DNA from: Novakomyces olei
Lineage: Eukaryota
DNA length: 64,000 nt
NCBI GenBank assembly: GCA_016906335.1
Contig: JADEYG010000004.1
Span: forward strand, 1 to 64,000
Reading direction: 5' to 3'
Positions within the stretch are counted from its first letter, which is position 1. Every line of letters starts with the position of its first letter. The notes below the pieces were generated by a model. The model made no database searches and was not told the origin of the DNA. It was given only the letters and a program-made list of their open reading frames with translations. Below, piece by piece: positions 9,958 to 22,919 of the stretch. Both the position numbers and the translations under genes were made by a program.

Positions 9958-10113
9958 TGTATTAGTAAGTTCTTGTATTAGTAAATTCTTGTATTAGTAA
10001 ATTCTTGTATTAGTAAGTTCTTGTATTAGTAAATTCTTGTATTAGTAAATTCTTGTATTAGTAAGTTCTTGTATTAGTAAGTCCTGTTATCAGGAAGTTC
10101 TTGTATTAGTAAG
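9958..10113. repeat. 16-bp minisatellite TTCTTGTATTAGTAAR, ~8-9 copies
   Basis: Direct tandem repeats in a divergent intergenic region. Confidence 0.9.
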
Positions 10114-10309
10114 AAGATCAAGGAGCATGGCTAGCAAGTTCGGCGAATAGATGACAAATGGGCTGGCTGTAAAGTGAGGCCGTTTGCAAGGGCCCAATTT
10201 GTCAGCCACAAACTGACTCAATATATAAAGCCTCATATACTCTCTATAGCGTATCAAGCAGAACCGAAGCATCAAGATCGTCGTCCTGAACAGAGTTTTT
10301 TAACCTACA

Positions 10310-11047
10310 ATGTCTGCCGATACTGTGTATTTTGTCTCAGGCGCTAACCGTGGTCTTGGTTTGGGATTTGTTAAAGATCTCGTGGCTAGAACCAATGCAA
10401 CTGTTTTCGCGGGCGTACGTGAGCCCAGCAAGGCTAGCTCAGAGCTTCGCGATCTTGCAGCCAAGTTCAAGAATCTTACAATTGTGAAACTGGAGTCTAC
10501 CAAGCCAGAAGACGCATTGACAGCGATTGAAACTGTCAAAAAGGTTTCAGGAAAGCTTGATGTTGTGATTGCCAATGCCGGCATTGCGCAGCCAATTCCG
10601 AGCCTGGAAGCAATGCCTGTTGAAGCCATCTCGGAACACTACGAAGTGAACGTTGTTGGGCCAATAGCACTTTACAAGGCGGCTCTTCCTCTGCTCAAGA
10701 AAAGCAGCAATGCCAAATTCATTGGTGTGTCTACTGTGGCTGCATCGATATCAGACATGTCACTTGCTACAAATGCTTATGGAGCAAGCAAGGCGGCACT
10801 GAACTACTTTCTCAAAGATGCTCATGTTGAGCATCACGAGAAAGATGGCATTACCGTTTACCCTGTGCATCCCGGCTTGGTGGAGACTGACATGTCTGCC
10901 CCTTTTCTTCCAATGGCCATTCAGGCTGGCTTAACTCCTATTAGCGTCACCCAGAGTGCAAATGATCTTTTCAAGCTTATTGACAGCGATGATAAATCTT
11001 TGAGTGGAAAGTTCTGGTCTTACACGGGCGATGAGATTGCTTATTAG
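10310..11047 (+). CDS. Short-chain dehydrogenase/reductase
   Basis: SGANRGLG (Rossmann), ANAG, YGASK catalytic motif, HPGLVETDM. Confidence 0.92.
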   Translation: MSADTVYFVSGANRGLGLGFVKDLVARTNATVFAGVREPSKASSELRDLAAKFKNLTIVKLESTKPEDALTAIETVKKVSGKLDVVIANAGIAQPIPSLEAMPVEAISEHYEVNVVGPIALYKAALPLLKKSSNAKFIGVSTVAASISDMSLATNAYGASKAALNYFLKDAHVEHHEKDGITVYPVHPGLVETDMSAPFLPMAIQAGLTPISVTQSANDLFKLIDSDDKSLSGKFWSYTGDEIAY

Positions 11048-11803
11048 GCTAAACCATTTTGCCTTTTGAGTTTGGCCTCTTTTATTGTACGATCCAAACC
11101 TAGGCACTGGTCTTTGCTGTTTCAAAGTTTTTGGTTTTTTGTTTAATGTCTAGAGTTTTAGTTTGAATAATAGTACCAATCTTGCTTTTTTAAATAAATT
11201 ACAAACAGCGTTCTAAGATAAATAGTACTTTAGATACTGCGGTATGGACATGTCCAAGATAGTACTGCAAAAGCAGTTCTTTGGAGTGATGAAAAGGTAG
11301 GCTTCAATTGTAGTAAACAAATGACGCAGATAACTTCGAGATATTGTGTACTGGCCAATAAGGGGAAAATTACAGTGGCTATAGAAATGCTAGACTGATA
11401 CTTTCATGCCTATAGGTCAGTTTGAGCCAATTGCCCAAAGAGGTAATCAAGTTTATAACGGAGTTCCTATTTCTGAATGCATCAAACATACTCTTCACCT
11501 CTACAGCTCGTACTTTTTTATCCGCATAGAGACTATTGGGCTTGTCTATCGTACCAAGTGGCCATTGCTGAATTATCTGGTTGAAAGAGGCGGGTGTTGG
11601 TAGCGAATGAATTTATCCGTGTCTCTGGTTTTGCTGGATTTAAAATTGCGTGGGCTGCTTTATTTTGGCGCGGATAGTGCCCGCGCGAGAGATAGATAGA
11701 AGCGCGTTGATCCTACCAAGAGCCGACTTTCAAGCCTATTGCACATGGGCCAGGATCGAAAGTCAAAGTATTGTCTTGAAGAATACCAGCAAAATTGACA
11801 TTG

Positions 11804-12942
11804 AAGTATGGGGCTATGGTCTCTGGTATCGATCTCAATAATGTCGAGTGGGACACGTTTGAGTTGATAGGAAATGCACTTTATGAGCATGAGTTACTGG
11901 TGTTCACAGAACAGCCGCACATGCTATGCTTGAAAACCAATTTTGTTTGACGCACGCGTTTAATTCGGCGGCGGACGGGAGATTTGCTCATGGATACGAC
12001 CCGTATATGAGATACTTTGCGGGAGTTGATATTTATGGAAACTCTGGGCGTATTACAGTACCACAGCAGAGTGAGGTACACGTGCTTGGGTGCGACAAAC
12101 TTGGACCAAACCCATACAAGCTTCCCGCGGACATAGTGATTGAGAGCGTAGATCACGCGAAAACTCGCATGACCCAGTCTCTCAGCGGCAGAACGAGCCG
12201 AAGGCAAAACCGATTTTATCAATGGCATTTTGATGGGGCGCTGTATGACTCGCCTCCGCCAATAATAGGCTTTTTGCTAGCAATTCAGACACCGAAAGGG
12301 CCCGATGTCTGTATCTCGTGGCATAGCGACTACTATAACGAGGATTTCAGTATCGCTATTGCGCCGGGGTCCACCGCGAGTATGTGACCAGAAGAACAGT
12401 GTGTGTTAACTGCAAAACAGTGTTCTCGGGAGCCCAAGCATTTGAGCTGCTAAGTGATATGGAGAAGGAGATGGCGCTGCATTCAAGCGTAGAATATGCT
12501 CCACATGCATTTCAATGGATGTCTGCGGCACACTTTACGGATGATGCGATGTCAATTGTAAGTGAAAGCAGAGAAAAGCGACTTGAGGAGCTGCCGGCGG
12601 TTGATGCAAGGCTCATCAAAAAACATCCAATGGTATGGACAAATCCTTTAACAGGTAAAAATTCTCTGCAAATACACTGTCAAGGGGCGCGGCGTTTGCA
12701 CGCTAAAACAAGTGCAACGGATACTTTACGGGTGATCGAAGATGTTTTGGAGGTTCGAAAATTTGTATATGGGATGATGTCGCGAGCTTTGCGACCGGAC
12801 TGTATTTGCGACCGGAGTGTATTTATGCACACAAGCACACCGAGTCGGAGGTAACACTGTGGTACAATCGAGGTGTTTCACACTCATGCATCAGTGTAAT
12901 GTGGAAGCGAGCTATGATCCACAACGGACTTTAATGGGTTAG
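11804..12942 (+). pseudogene. TauD/XanA-like alpha-ketoglutarate dioxygenase, degraded
   Basis: GAMVSGIDLN..ALYEHELLVF, frameshift at an ATGCT duplication (~11921-11930), WHFDGALY, intron 12380-12420, HPMVWTNP, short duplication at ~12792-12825, WYNRGVSHS, MHQCN. No clear start codon. Confidence 0.75.
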
Positions 12943-13831
12943 AAAGAGGCACGTTGGAGATGTTTTGTGAAATAGGATAAAACTTGTGTTGCTTTAGATG
13001 GTTAGAGATGGTTAGCAATAGTAAATTAGGAAGCTTTATAGCTTTATTAAGAATATTACTGAATTGTGTATAATTGCAGTTTTACCTATAAATTACTGAA
13101 TTAGGAATATTTATAGTTTTACTAAGAATATTATTGGATAGATGCGAGGAAGAGGGAAAGGAAGGAAGAAGCGGAGCGGAACCTAGGCGTCTGAAAATAA
13201 GAAAAGAAACAGAATGGTTCTGTTCATTGATATTTCGGCGAAATGTCGCTACTTTTTTACGTGAACTTTTTGCAGTTTAATATATGGGCAATCTACTAGT
13301 GCTTTCTGAAATTTCGCCAAAATAGAGATAGGATTTGCTCGATTTTTAGACAATGCAATTATTATATATAAAAATACTTACTACCTGACATTTCGTCGAA
13401 ATGTCGCTAGTAATAATAAGGAGTACAAGTTGGTTAGGTCAAAAAGTAGATAATTCGGTTATGGCTTAATCCTTTGACTGGACTCATGTTAGGGGAACAA
13501 ATAGTGAATAATTTTTTGGGTCATTGACCGGCCAATGGTATTTTTAGTCGGTTTTGGAGAGACTTCTGAAGTTTCTGGATTAATTATTTAAGTAAGGATA
13601 ATACCGCAGGATTGGTCAAACAAGATAGCTGAATCGATTTTTAGTGTTGGCTTAGAGAACATTCTGTAAACAATAAAAAGAGCTTGAGCCCAGAGTTCCA
13701 TATACAAATCATGTACCACCTAACTTGCAAATCGTTGATAAATTGGCCAAATAAAAAAGTAAAGAGATAATAGAAAACAGTCACTGTTGTAATAAATCTT
13801 CCCGCTAAAACGAGCGTCTGTCTGATTAAAC

Positions 13832-15841
13832 TCAAAATTTTTCGCTTTTCTCAGGCGCATCTTTAAGTTGTTCGGCGTATATCACAGGTATAACAACATT
13901 CTCTTCACCCTCCTTCCCGTAATTTGTGTATGTGATGTATTTGGTTGCGACTGCAATGTAACATGGCAAGGCAACAGCTGAAAGAACGAACCAAATTACA
14001 AAATGTTTCCTGTTTTGATTAGCTAATGAACCAGCATTTTCATTTGTTATCAAGCTCGTTCCCAAAAAACTCAGTATTATAATGAGAGTGAATTGAATAA
14101 ATAAGAATTAATAAATTACCATAATGTCACGTTAGCTGAAGCAATACCAAACGCAATAGTGATTCCCGCCGCCTGAAACGCCGCGATTATAGCACCGTAT
14201 TGTGCAAGCTTTTCGTGGTCATTTGTGAGACAGGATATAAACCAGTATCTCACCGACATGTTGAGAGCAAACATAGCGCCCCAAACAAGCCAAAGTACTT
14301 TAAAATTAATATTGCTTCAAATATTTCAAAAATTGTAAATGCAATCCCAAAAGTCAAGCAAAGGAAAAAAATGTGCCTAAAAATAGACGAAAATCAAAAA
14401 CCAAATGAGGGAGCGAAAAGAAAGGGCCAAAAATAATAAAGCATCTAGAAAGTACAAGATAATACTAAACTATATGCAACAATCAGAAATTAAAGCAAGC
14501 ATTATCCGCATATGCCAATGTAGAAACCTACCAAAAAACCCTCCCCAGCGTTCTTCGGTCCAGTCCCAATCAGGTCCGACAGGATGAGTACGCATAGCCA
14601 CTATTCCACCGATATACGAAGCAAAGACTATGACCGCCCAAAACACAATAAGAAGATACGCGCGCTTTTTACGATTCCATCGTTTCGCATCGCTAATCAG
14701 AAAGAATGCAGTATACACAAATGGCTGGATAATCCAAAAACCAAAATTATTTAACGTACGCGTCCGGGCGTTGAAAACGGTAGCTATTGGCACCTGGTTA
14801 GCTCAAATCAATATTCAGTTGGAATGTCGGCTACCATTGTAAGTAGACTGGGCTGCCAATGGAGCTTCCCCCACCAGTAATGGAAACAGCATAAGCAGAA
14901 TTTCAGGTTTGCGAAAGCATTTGACTGTACTCTTTAATTGCGTCCAAGGCGATACGCGGTTGAACACGGAAATATGCGTTCCATCATCTCTGGTGACTGA
15001 TTCTGGATCTGCAATTGAGAGAGAAACTAGGACTGCACAAAACATTGCAACCACAAAAGCAATAAATAAGCCTTGGGTCATTGAGCTTGTCCGGTTGTGC
15101 GAGTCAATTCCAACACAAATAGCGGCCATTACGCTCGTGCCCAAGGACTGAATCATTGCATTAAGTGCAATATACTTGCCCTTGTTACCTTCATCCGGAT
15201 ATAGAGTGACCATCCAGCTCTGGGCAGCCCATAACATAGCCGCCAGCACCCCATTGAGCGCAGACATCAAATACGTCGTCCATGCTAAACCTGTTTCTCT
15301 GTTGAATCAGCGCAAAATTCAAGCGGTGGCTTACTATATAAATATTAGTATAAATGAAATCAGTAGAACAGAAAATTATATTGTTTGATTTTTTGTTTTT
15401 TTTGGTTGCTTATTATTAACGTACCGCAAAAATCCAGAATCCAGACGTAAAAATCGGGTATCCAATAGCTCCGAGCTATTCAAAAAAAAAACGGTTATTT
15501 TTCCATTCCACATTTGCCTTTTTCCGTACCACGAGACATAAACGGGGCCCGAGGAGAGCTAACCAGAACCCGCCCATAAAACATGAAACTGTCCAAATAG
15601 AATCGTTGATGGCCGTGCTAGTGCTGCTAGTTTTGGCATAAGACGGCTGTGAGCCACCGGCGCCAAGGCCCTAGAATAATGAATAACAAATAACTGGTCA
15701 AAACTTACTATAAAGCACTCGTATAGGCCCACTGTAAGCATGTAGCTCTAAATTTGCATAAGTAAAATTGGAACTTTTACAAAATTGACATACCACGGAC
15801 AATATCACGACCTGGAAGAGAGGGCTGCGGTAGCGCAACAT
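13832..15841 (-). CDS. MFS transporter, UNC-93-like (multi-exon)
   Basis: MLRYRSPLFQVVILSVV start; hydrophobic exons including AAMLWAAQ..YPDEGNKGKYI and FNARTRTLNNF; several small introns, not all resolved. Confidence 0.75.
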
Positions 15842-16265
15842 TTTGTTTGATTCTTTTTTCCTCGATTTGACCAATGTCTGGTCTTTGGCGCAAATTCGGT
15901 TCGAACAGAACATTTAAAGTCCTATGTTGTCCTTAATATGGCCCCGTTGACGCCCGTACGTGGGATGACAGGAAAAATCCGAATAGGTGAAATGGGAGGA
16001 ACTTACCCTTTTGAGCTGATAACGCATTAGCGTAATTAGCTATACGTTTTGATGGGAATATCCGGTTGGATTTCAAAAGATTTGTGAGGTCTAAGCGCTT
16101 TCAAGCATATGTAACTATACACCAAGTAATTTTGCAGTGCAAAATTAGTAATTGCACTGCGGATAAGATAGAATTATGAAGAGTCATTATACGAATTGAT
16201 CGATACGATAATTGAATTAACGTCAAAATCCATTGTGAGCTCGTAACCTACTCTGGTGGATCACA

Positions 16266-17759
16266 ATGCTACAACTGGAGGAAATCACAATAAGCAAGCT
16301 TCATGATGCTTACAAACGTGGTATTACATCAGCTGAGGCAGTAACACAATGGTACTTGGACCGCATTGAAGCATTGGACGCGGCTGGCCCAAGTTTACAC
16401 TCGGTCCTGGCTTTGTCTCAAACTGCTTTGGAAGAGTCTCGTTGGGCAGATGAATATTACAAACAGAACGAAAATTTTTGTGGACCAATGCACGGAGTGC
16501 CTATTCTTGTCAAAGATCAAATCGAAACCAAAGATATTGCGACAACATTTGGCAATGTGTGCTTTAAAAATTATACGCCTAAACAAGACGCCGAACTGGT
16601 CAAAAGGCTACGCAAAGCGGGGGCAATTATTTTGGGGAAAACAACGATGCCAGACTTTGCTGTATCCTGGTTTTCAAACAGTAGTGCTTCTCCGTATACT
16701 TGGACAAAAAATCCCTACGCCCTCGATCGCGATCCGGGTGGATCGAGCTCTGGCTCGGCTGCTGCTACTGCGGCGAATTTGTGCACGGTCGCAGTAGGTG
16801 AAGACACAGGTGGATCAATTAGACTACCTTGTTCTTTCTGCAACCTTGTTGGACTAAGGACTACTCCGGGTGTCGTTCCACGCGTGGGCTTATGCCCTCT
16901 TATCTGTTTTCAAGATGCTCCGGGTCCGATAGCGCGCAATGTTGAAGACTTGGCCGTCTTACTAGACGCAATTGCCGGATACGATAAACGTGATCCATTT
17001 TCTATGGCAGCTAAAATGGCAGTGCCAAAGGAAAGATTTGCCGCGGCTTTACGCACATGCCCAATTGATTTTAAGGACTTGCGCTTCGGAGTTTTACAGC
17101 AAGGTTTCGGAGAAGGCGCTAATGACATCGCTGCTCACTCGGTAAATAAGGTTATTCACAAAGCATTGAGTCAATTAGAAGAACTCGGCGTCACCCTTGT
17201 ACCCATTTCCATCCCGGAAATTAATGACTTTAAAATAAATACATCGCTTTACGCATTCCAGTCGCGTGCAGAGATAAACAAATTTCTGTCCACAAGGTTT
17301 GACGGCTTGACAGTTGAGGAAATTGTTGCTACAAAACGCTGTGACCCCCATCTGGATCTCTTGGATGATATAGCAAAAGGATATTCTGAGCCAGACGAGC
17401 ATATGGAATATAAGAAGCAGCTAGCTAATTGTGAAGCGTTTTCTCAGCGCATGGGTGGTGTTTTTTGCGAATATGAATTGTCTGCCCTAGTTTATCCAGA
17501 TGTGCAAATACCTGCACCGCGAAGGGAGCAAATCACAGAGTGGACAGGTCTTGGTTTCCCCACAAACACAGTTATTGCGTCTCAGTCCCGGTTTCCTGCT
17601 CTGACTATACCAGCAGGGTTTTCCGAGCCGAAGCATTTGCCAGTGGGCCTAGAAATTGTCGGCCTCCCTTACTCCGACAAGGATTTGTTAAAAATTGGTC
17701 TCGCCATTGAGCAGGCCATGCCTTATCGGCAAGTACCGAAGATACAAAATCCCACTTAG
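16266..17759 (+). CDS. Amidase signature family enzyme
   Basis: GVPILVKD (Lys), PGGSSSGSAAA, GEDTGGSIRLP (Ser-cisSer-Lys triad). Confidence 0.95.
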   Translation: MLQLEEITISKLHDAYKRGITSAEAVTQWYLDRIEALDAAGPSLHSVLALSQTALEESRWADEYYKQNENFCGPMHGVPILVKDQIETKDIATTFGNVCFKNYTPKQDAELVKRLRKAGAIILGKTTMPDFAVSWFSNSSASPYTWTKNPYALDRDPGGSSSGSAAATAANLCTVAVGEDTGGSIRLPCSFCNLVGLRTTPGVVPRVGLCPLICFQDAPGPIARNVEDLAVLLDAIAGYDKRDPFSMAAKMAVPKERFAAALRTCPIDFKDLRFGVLQQGFGEGANDIAAHSVNKVIHKALSQLEELGVTLVPISIPEINDFKINTSLYAFQSRAEINKFLSTRFDGLTVEEIVATKRCDPHLDLLDDIAKGYSEPDEHMEYKKQLANCEAFSQRMGGVFCEYELSALVYPDVQIPAPRREQITEWTGLGFPTNTVIASQSRFPALTIPAGFSEPKHLPVGLEIVGLPYSDKDLLKIGLAIEQAMPYRQVPKIQNPT

Positions 17760-18074
17760 TCCCGGTGGGATAGTATCCCACGTAAGAGATAGCTGACAGT
17801 TTGTTCCAAAAAGAGAACCGTTTAACCGATAGTCTGAATATAATGGTCTGATAATTACAAGTAATGCATTAGTGAGCAAATGAAACATTGGTAAATAAAT
17901 AATTAGAGATGAAGAGATAATAAAAATCCAGTAATAGGGAGCAAATATAGCCTGAAACAAACGCTACGTTTCCACAATCATTATACTTCAGGTACCGACG
18001 GAAGATCGGACTGAGTTCCCCTTATCACGCAAGTGCGGCAGTCTAACACAAATCAACCTGAATCAGCCGTGGCA

Positions 18075-19091
18075 ATGTCTGCAGCAGTAAACGTCCAATT
18101 TAGAGACTTTGGAGGCAACGTGCCCCGTATAGTATCCGACAAAGTACACGAGACTTCGTTCTCCGAAATTCCCTTTGTGGATCTAGCAGCCGACCAAAAC
18201 CAGATTGTGGAAAGCCTGCGTCATGCTTGTACTAAAGTAGGGTTTTTCTATTTGAAAGGTCATGGAGTGGATCAGGAGATTATAGACGCCGTATTCGCGG
18301 AGGCGCGTAATTTTTTCAATTCTGCTGAACCCACACGTATGTCGGTTCGCGCACGTCCCGAAACAAAATGGCTCGGCTATGAAAAAGCCGTAACTTTTAG
18401 TTCAACAAAGCCGAATAACCATGAAGCCTATATGTGGGGGTATGACAGGAGAATGGAACGGCCAAAGGGAGCAACAGCAGATACTGGTGCCGATCAGACC
18501 GCTGCCACCCCCAACCAATGGCCTCAACTTTTAGGTTTCCAGGAAGTAGTGGAACGTTACTATATTGCCGTAATAAACTTGGCGAGAAGACTGGCCGGGT
18601 ACTTGGAACAGGTCTTAAATTTGGAAAAGGGATTCTTCTTACAATATTTGAAGGTACCAGGGTCAGTAGGCCGCTTAATCCATTACCCCGCCCAATCAGT
18701 ACACGACACAACGGGCCGGGGCATTGGTGAGCATACGGATTACGAATGTTTCACTTTACTTTATCAGGGCTATGATACAAAGGCCAGTCTTCAAGTTCTT
18801 AATAGCGAAGGACATTGGGTATCGGCCCCACCGGTTCCGGGAGCTTTTGTTGTAAATATAGGTGATTTGCTGATGAGATGGACTAACGATTATTTCAAAA
18901 GCACGATTCACCGTGTCATAAATACAACAGGGCGTGAGCGGTACTCTGTACCTGTTTTTGTTGGGCCGGCTTATGAGACCGTAGTAAAGCCGCTCGAGCA
19001 GTTTCAGGAGTATGCAAAACGGGAATATGAGCCGGTGATTGCTGGAGACTATGTACTCGAGCGCATTGATCAGTCACGCAGAGCTCAATAG
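18075..19091 (+). CDS. 2OG-Fe(II) oxygenase, IPNS/DIOX_N family
   Basis: IPFVDL, VGFFYLKGHGV, HTD..H..RYS; first ATG at 18075. Confidence 0.92.
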   Translation: MSAAVNVQFRDFGGNVPRIVSDKVHETSFSEIPFVDLAADQNQIVESLRHACTKVGFFYLKGHGVDQEIIDAVFAEARNFFNSAEPTRMSVRARPETKWLGYEKAVTFSSTKPNNHEAYMWGYDRRMERPKGATADTGADQTAATPNQWPQLLGFQEVVERYYIAVINLARRLAGYLEQVLNLEKGFFLQYLKVPGSVGRLIHYPAQSVHDTTGRGIGEHTDYECFTLLYQGYDTKASLQVLNSEGHWVSAPPVPGAFVVNIGDLLMRWTNDYFKSTIHRVINTTGRERYSVPVFVGPAYETVVKPLEQFQEYAKREYEPVIAGDYVLERIDQSRRAQ

Positions 19092-20058
19092 TGGATGAAA
19101 TATCAAAATTTACAGTGGGAGATTTATCAAGACGATTTTTCTGGGTTGGTCGATTGTAAATAATTTCGGCAAAAACGTGCTAGATATTGGTTTCATCTAA
19201 ACACTGTGGCTAAGATTTAATTGATTTTTTATAATTAACATTTCTTAAAGCAATGCGGCAATATTTTACTGTAACAGGTTTTAAAAGTTTGTTCTTTCCG
19301 CTAAACCACTGTTAAGCGCATGAATATCGGCAACAAAAGACTATGGGAAGCATGAGTTGTTTTGCTTTATTTGATTGATGTGAAGGTGTTGAAAGCCACC
19401 GGATTAAAAAATCAATGATTCGGCTTGATTAAATCTCTTTATGGCGTTTAAAGATTAATTATGAGCATCTTTTCGGATGTAGTATATAACGCTTTTTTCT
19501 TTGTCCAGCCCGATGAAGCATATGTCGATCTTGTCCGATGCCTATATTTTGTAACTTTGAGCTTATCGAGACCAGAACACCCAAGAATAATCTAATCACG
19601 ATTTCAGGCCATCAAGTTTTAATAAAATAAAATCACGGTTATTGATAACCAAACGAGTCATAATATTCTCCCACAACACGTAATTTAGCGATTGAAATAA
19701 TTATTAAGACGACTCCATATTAAATGCAAGACACAATTCAAATTCGGTATATTGCGGATTTGGTAGGTACAAGTTATACTCCAAATCTTTATTAAGCGAG
19801 CAAGCGAAATGAATGAAAAGGCCCGTCTCTAGATTTGTATGATCTTGTCGCAAAACTCACCTACAAAACTACGAATTTATGGAGTCGGACAGTTAATGAC
19901 GCAAGCATTATAACATGATGACGCTCAGACTTCGTCTACTCATCAATTGATTCCAAAGGCTATAAATATCTTTCGTAAATGTGTCGAACGAATATCATAC
20001 TTTTATCTACTTTTGCCCGTCTTTTTGATATAGAAAACAGAACTCAGAACCCTCCAAT

Positions 20059-20390
20059 ATGTCTGCCAACGAAGACTTTGATGACCAGGCGGCCCAAGTC
20101 GGCGCTGACGATTCTTATGCTACAAATCCCAGCGAAGATCTGTCTGTTCAAGCAGACGATAAGCCTGTCGAGACTTCAATCGATCCAGAGGCTGCTGATT
20201 CGGACGCACAACTCCGTATAAATTCATTTTTTAAACTACAGTAAATTATTAATCGGATTTAGAAAAAGACGAAAACGATGCTATCGATGCGTCTAACATT
20301 ATTGAGGGTGATGGTTTGCGTCATGCAAAACCTCAGACTGCCAACAAGTACAGTGAGGGACCCGATGAGGATGATATTCCTACACAATAA
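20059..20390 (+). CDS. Small acidic fungal protein (2 exons), CHZ-like motif
   Basis: Intron 20216-20262 joins DSDAQL|QKDENDAIDASNIIEGDGLRHAKPQ; TATA at ~19961. Confidence 0.7.
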
Positions 20391-21237
20391 ATGATCCTGT
20401 TTCAATTTGTTTCAGTAGCTCGCGGGAGTTTATTTTCTATTACCAATGATGAGCGATAGTTAATATTTTTTCTGACGTTCGAACAGGCCATTGGCTCATC
20501 AGAATGTCTACTTTTAAAGCAAAAATGCGTTGTATCTATACATCTATTTTTGCAAGGTTCAGTTCAAATTTAATGGGGCCTTGTAACTATATGAATTGTA
20601 GAATTGCCGTGATCAAATTTAAAATATGTAAACTTGGTTTCAAATTGTTCCAGCCACATTTAGGGCATCAAAGACGAAGCAAACCAATTGTAGAGTAATT
20701 TAAAATTCTATGCAACACACAACTAAAGCTTTCAATTAAAAAAGCTTCAAATCAAATTTTGCCGTAGTTGTCGGGGCACATGGAGTTTGTTATTTAAAAT
20801 CATTGTTAAAGTCGGCTGCTGAAGTTCAAGTGAAATAGGTCAACAGATCAGCACAAATAGTCTGTGCCTTTATAGTATGGTTGGGATCTAGCACATCTAA
20901 CACATTCAACAAGATGGGTACTGTTCAGTAGACGATACTTCTAATAAATTGTTCATCTCAGCCCAATTAGGGATATGCAAGCGCATAATAAATACTTTGC
21001 TTATAAATGACTTGGAAATATGTACACATAAGGGTCAACAGCAAGATCGTAATGCTTATCATTCTCTGATCTAATTGGCTTATATAATTTATTGCACCAC
21101 GACTATGATGATTAATACTAGAATTAGTACATTCTGAACTTCGGCTTGAATTCAGTGTCAAAATTGTACAATCAGAATCAAATTAAAATTCAAAGCTAAT
21201 CTGACATATCAAACACAAAACCAAACCTCCTTCTAGT

Positions 21238-22919
21238 TTAATAACAATATCTAAAGGACTTGTTCTCAATATCGGTCCAGTCCAGAAATCCCTTTTCCCC
21301 ATTGCCGCTTTCCCCATCGCTGGCATACAGCCTTTCCCTTCTCTCATTTTCACGTTTCATCATTTGCCTCAAGACAAGAATTAAAACAACAACGGCACTC
21401 ATGGTAACAATAAGCCCAATTTTGGCTCCTGAATAACGAGGAGCCTCACTCGAACGAAACATTTGGGGCCCAATCAAATTACCGACGCAGAATGCCATCA
21501 AGGTTAAAGCATTACGCATAGTACGCTTTGTGTAGCCAGCAGTATTCGCGCTGTTCCACGCGTAAATCATTGGCATCATCGCTGGACATGAGTTTAAAAG
21601 GTAGACGCCGAAAAGCTGACCGACTCTGTGGGAACTGTCAAGGCCTGTAATGTTAGAAATGGAAAACAGGTACACAAAGTTACAATGGTTAAGTGAAAAG
21701 TAGAAGACATGAATTTTCGAAAAATTGACAAAAATAGAGAAAAATTACCTAATAGCAAACCAGCGCCAAGAATACTGGGCAGTGTAACGAGCACAATTAG
21801 GTAAGATCGATGCCCTATCGATCCAGACAAATACGTTGCGACAAAAGTGGCAATAATTGAGACGGCTCCTGAGGGCATTTGCATAATAGTTGTACGTTGG
21901 TTGTCATAACCAAAAGTTTTAATAATTATACTTGATAAATTTGACACAGCACCATTATCGATCATTGCTAGAATAACGATGAAAAAGAGCATCCAAGTTT
22001 CCTGGTCCTTGTACAGCAGCTCTTTAACTTGATACCATTTGAAAGTTTTGTTTTCGACACCCGTCTGATTTTCGCGGACATGATTGATAGCAGCAATTTT
22101 ATCTTGCTCTGAAAGAAATCGAGCCGTCATTGGATTATCGGGCATAATGAAGACAGTAGCGATTCCAACTAGTATTGTTATGCATCCCTGAACAATCAGC
22201 GAAGTCGTCAAAAAAAAATCTACTGTATTTATAAAAGCGTATCGTCTTACCATAAAAATAAACAATATTTGCCAATTAGCAACCCTCGTAGATTCAACAT
22301 GCTGAAATCCAAAAGACAAAGCTGAGCCAACAATCTGCGCTACACCAATCTGCAAGTACCATAATCCCATTCTCCGAGATTGCTCGCCTTTTGTCCACCA
22401 CATGCCCGTGATTAAGGAAAGACTTGGAGCAACGCAGGCTTCAAAAATTCCCAAAAGTGTTCTGCAGATCATTAAAGGTGCATATGTTTTGCAGGCAGCA
22501 TGGCATGTAACCACAATTCCCCACAAAACAATATTGATACCCAAATATTTCCCGAGGGGGAACCTCTGCATTAAGTAGGCCGTAATTGGCTCTGAAACGA
22601 GATAGCCCACGTAGAAAATTGTTCCGAGGTTGTTAAACTCGTTGCCATGTAAATTTTCTCGTATTCCCATCACTGCTGCATAATTAAGCAGAGTTTTATC
22701 GAGGTACTGCAAAAAGTATATGGCCATTAACAACGGCATAATATAAAGATCGATTTTCCAGCGGAGAGATCGTGTTTCCTCTACCTCAAGCACAACTCCT
22801 ACATTTTTTTCACGATTCAAGAAATTCAGTGCTTCATCCTGATCTGCACGGACTCGTTTACCATCCGTGTCTTGAATTCGCGCCGTTTCAACAGTCGGCA
22901 GTGACGCTTTGTCCGACAT
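21238..22919 (-). CDS. MFS allantoate permease family (DAL5-like) transporter
   Basis: KIDLYIMPLL..LQYLDK..YAAVMG, WWTKGEQSRR, NTAGYTKR, GNLIGPQMF, FRY C-terminus; introns 22188-22250 and 21645-21748. Confidence 0.9.

Noticed and set aside
9958-10113. CRISPR-like appearance of regular repeats (also 50388-50500, 54835-55052)
   Set aside because: Head-to-tail repeats without unique spacers, no cas genes, eukaryotic context.
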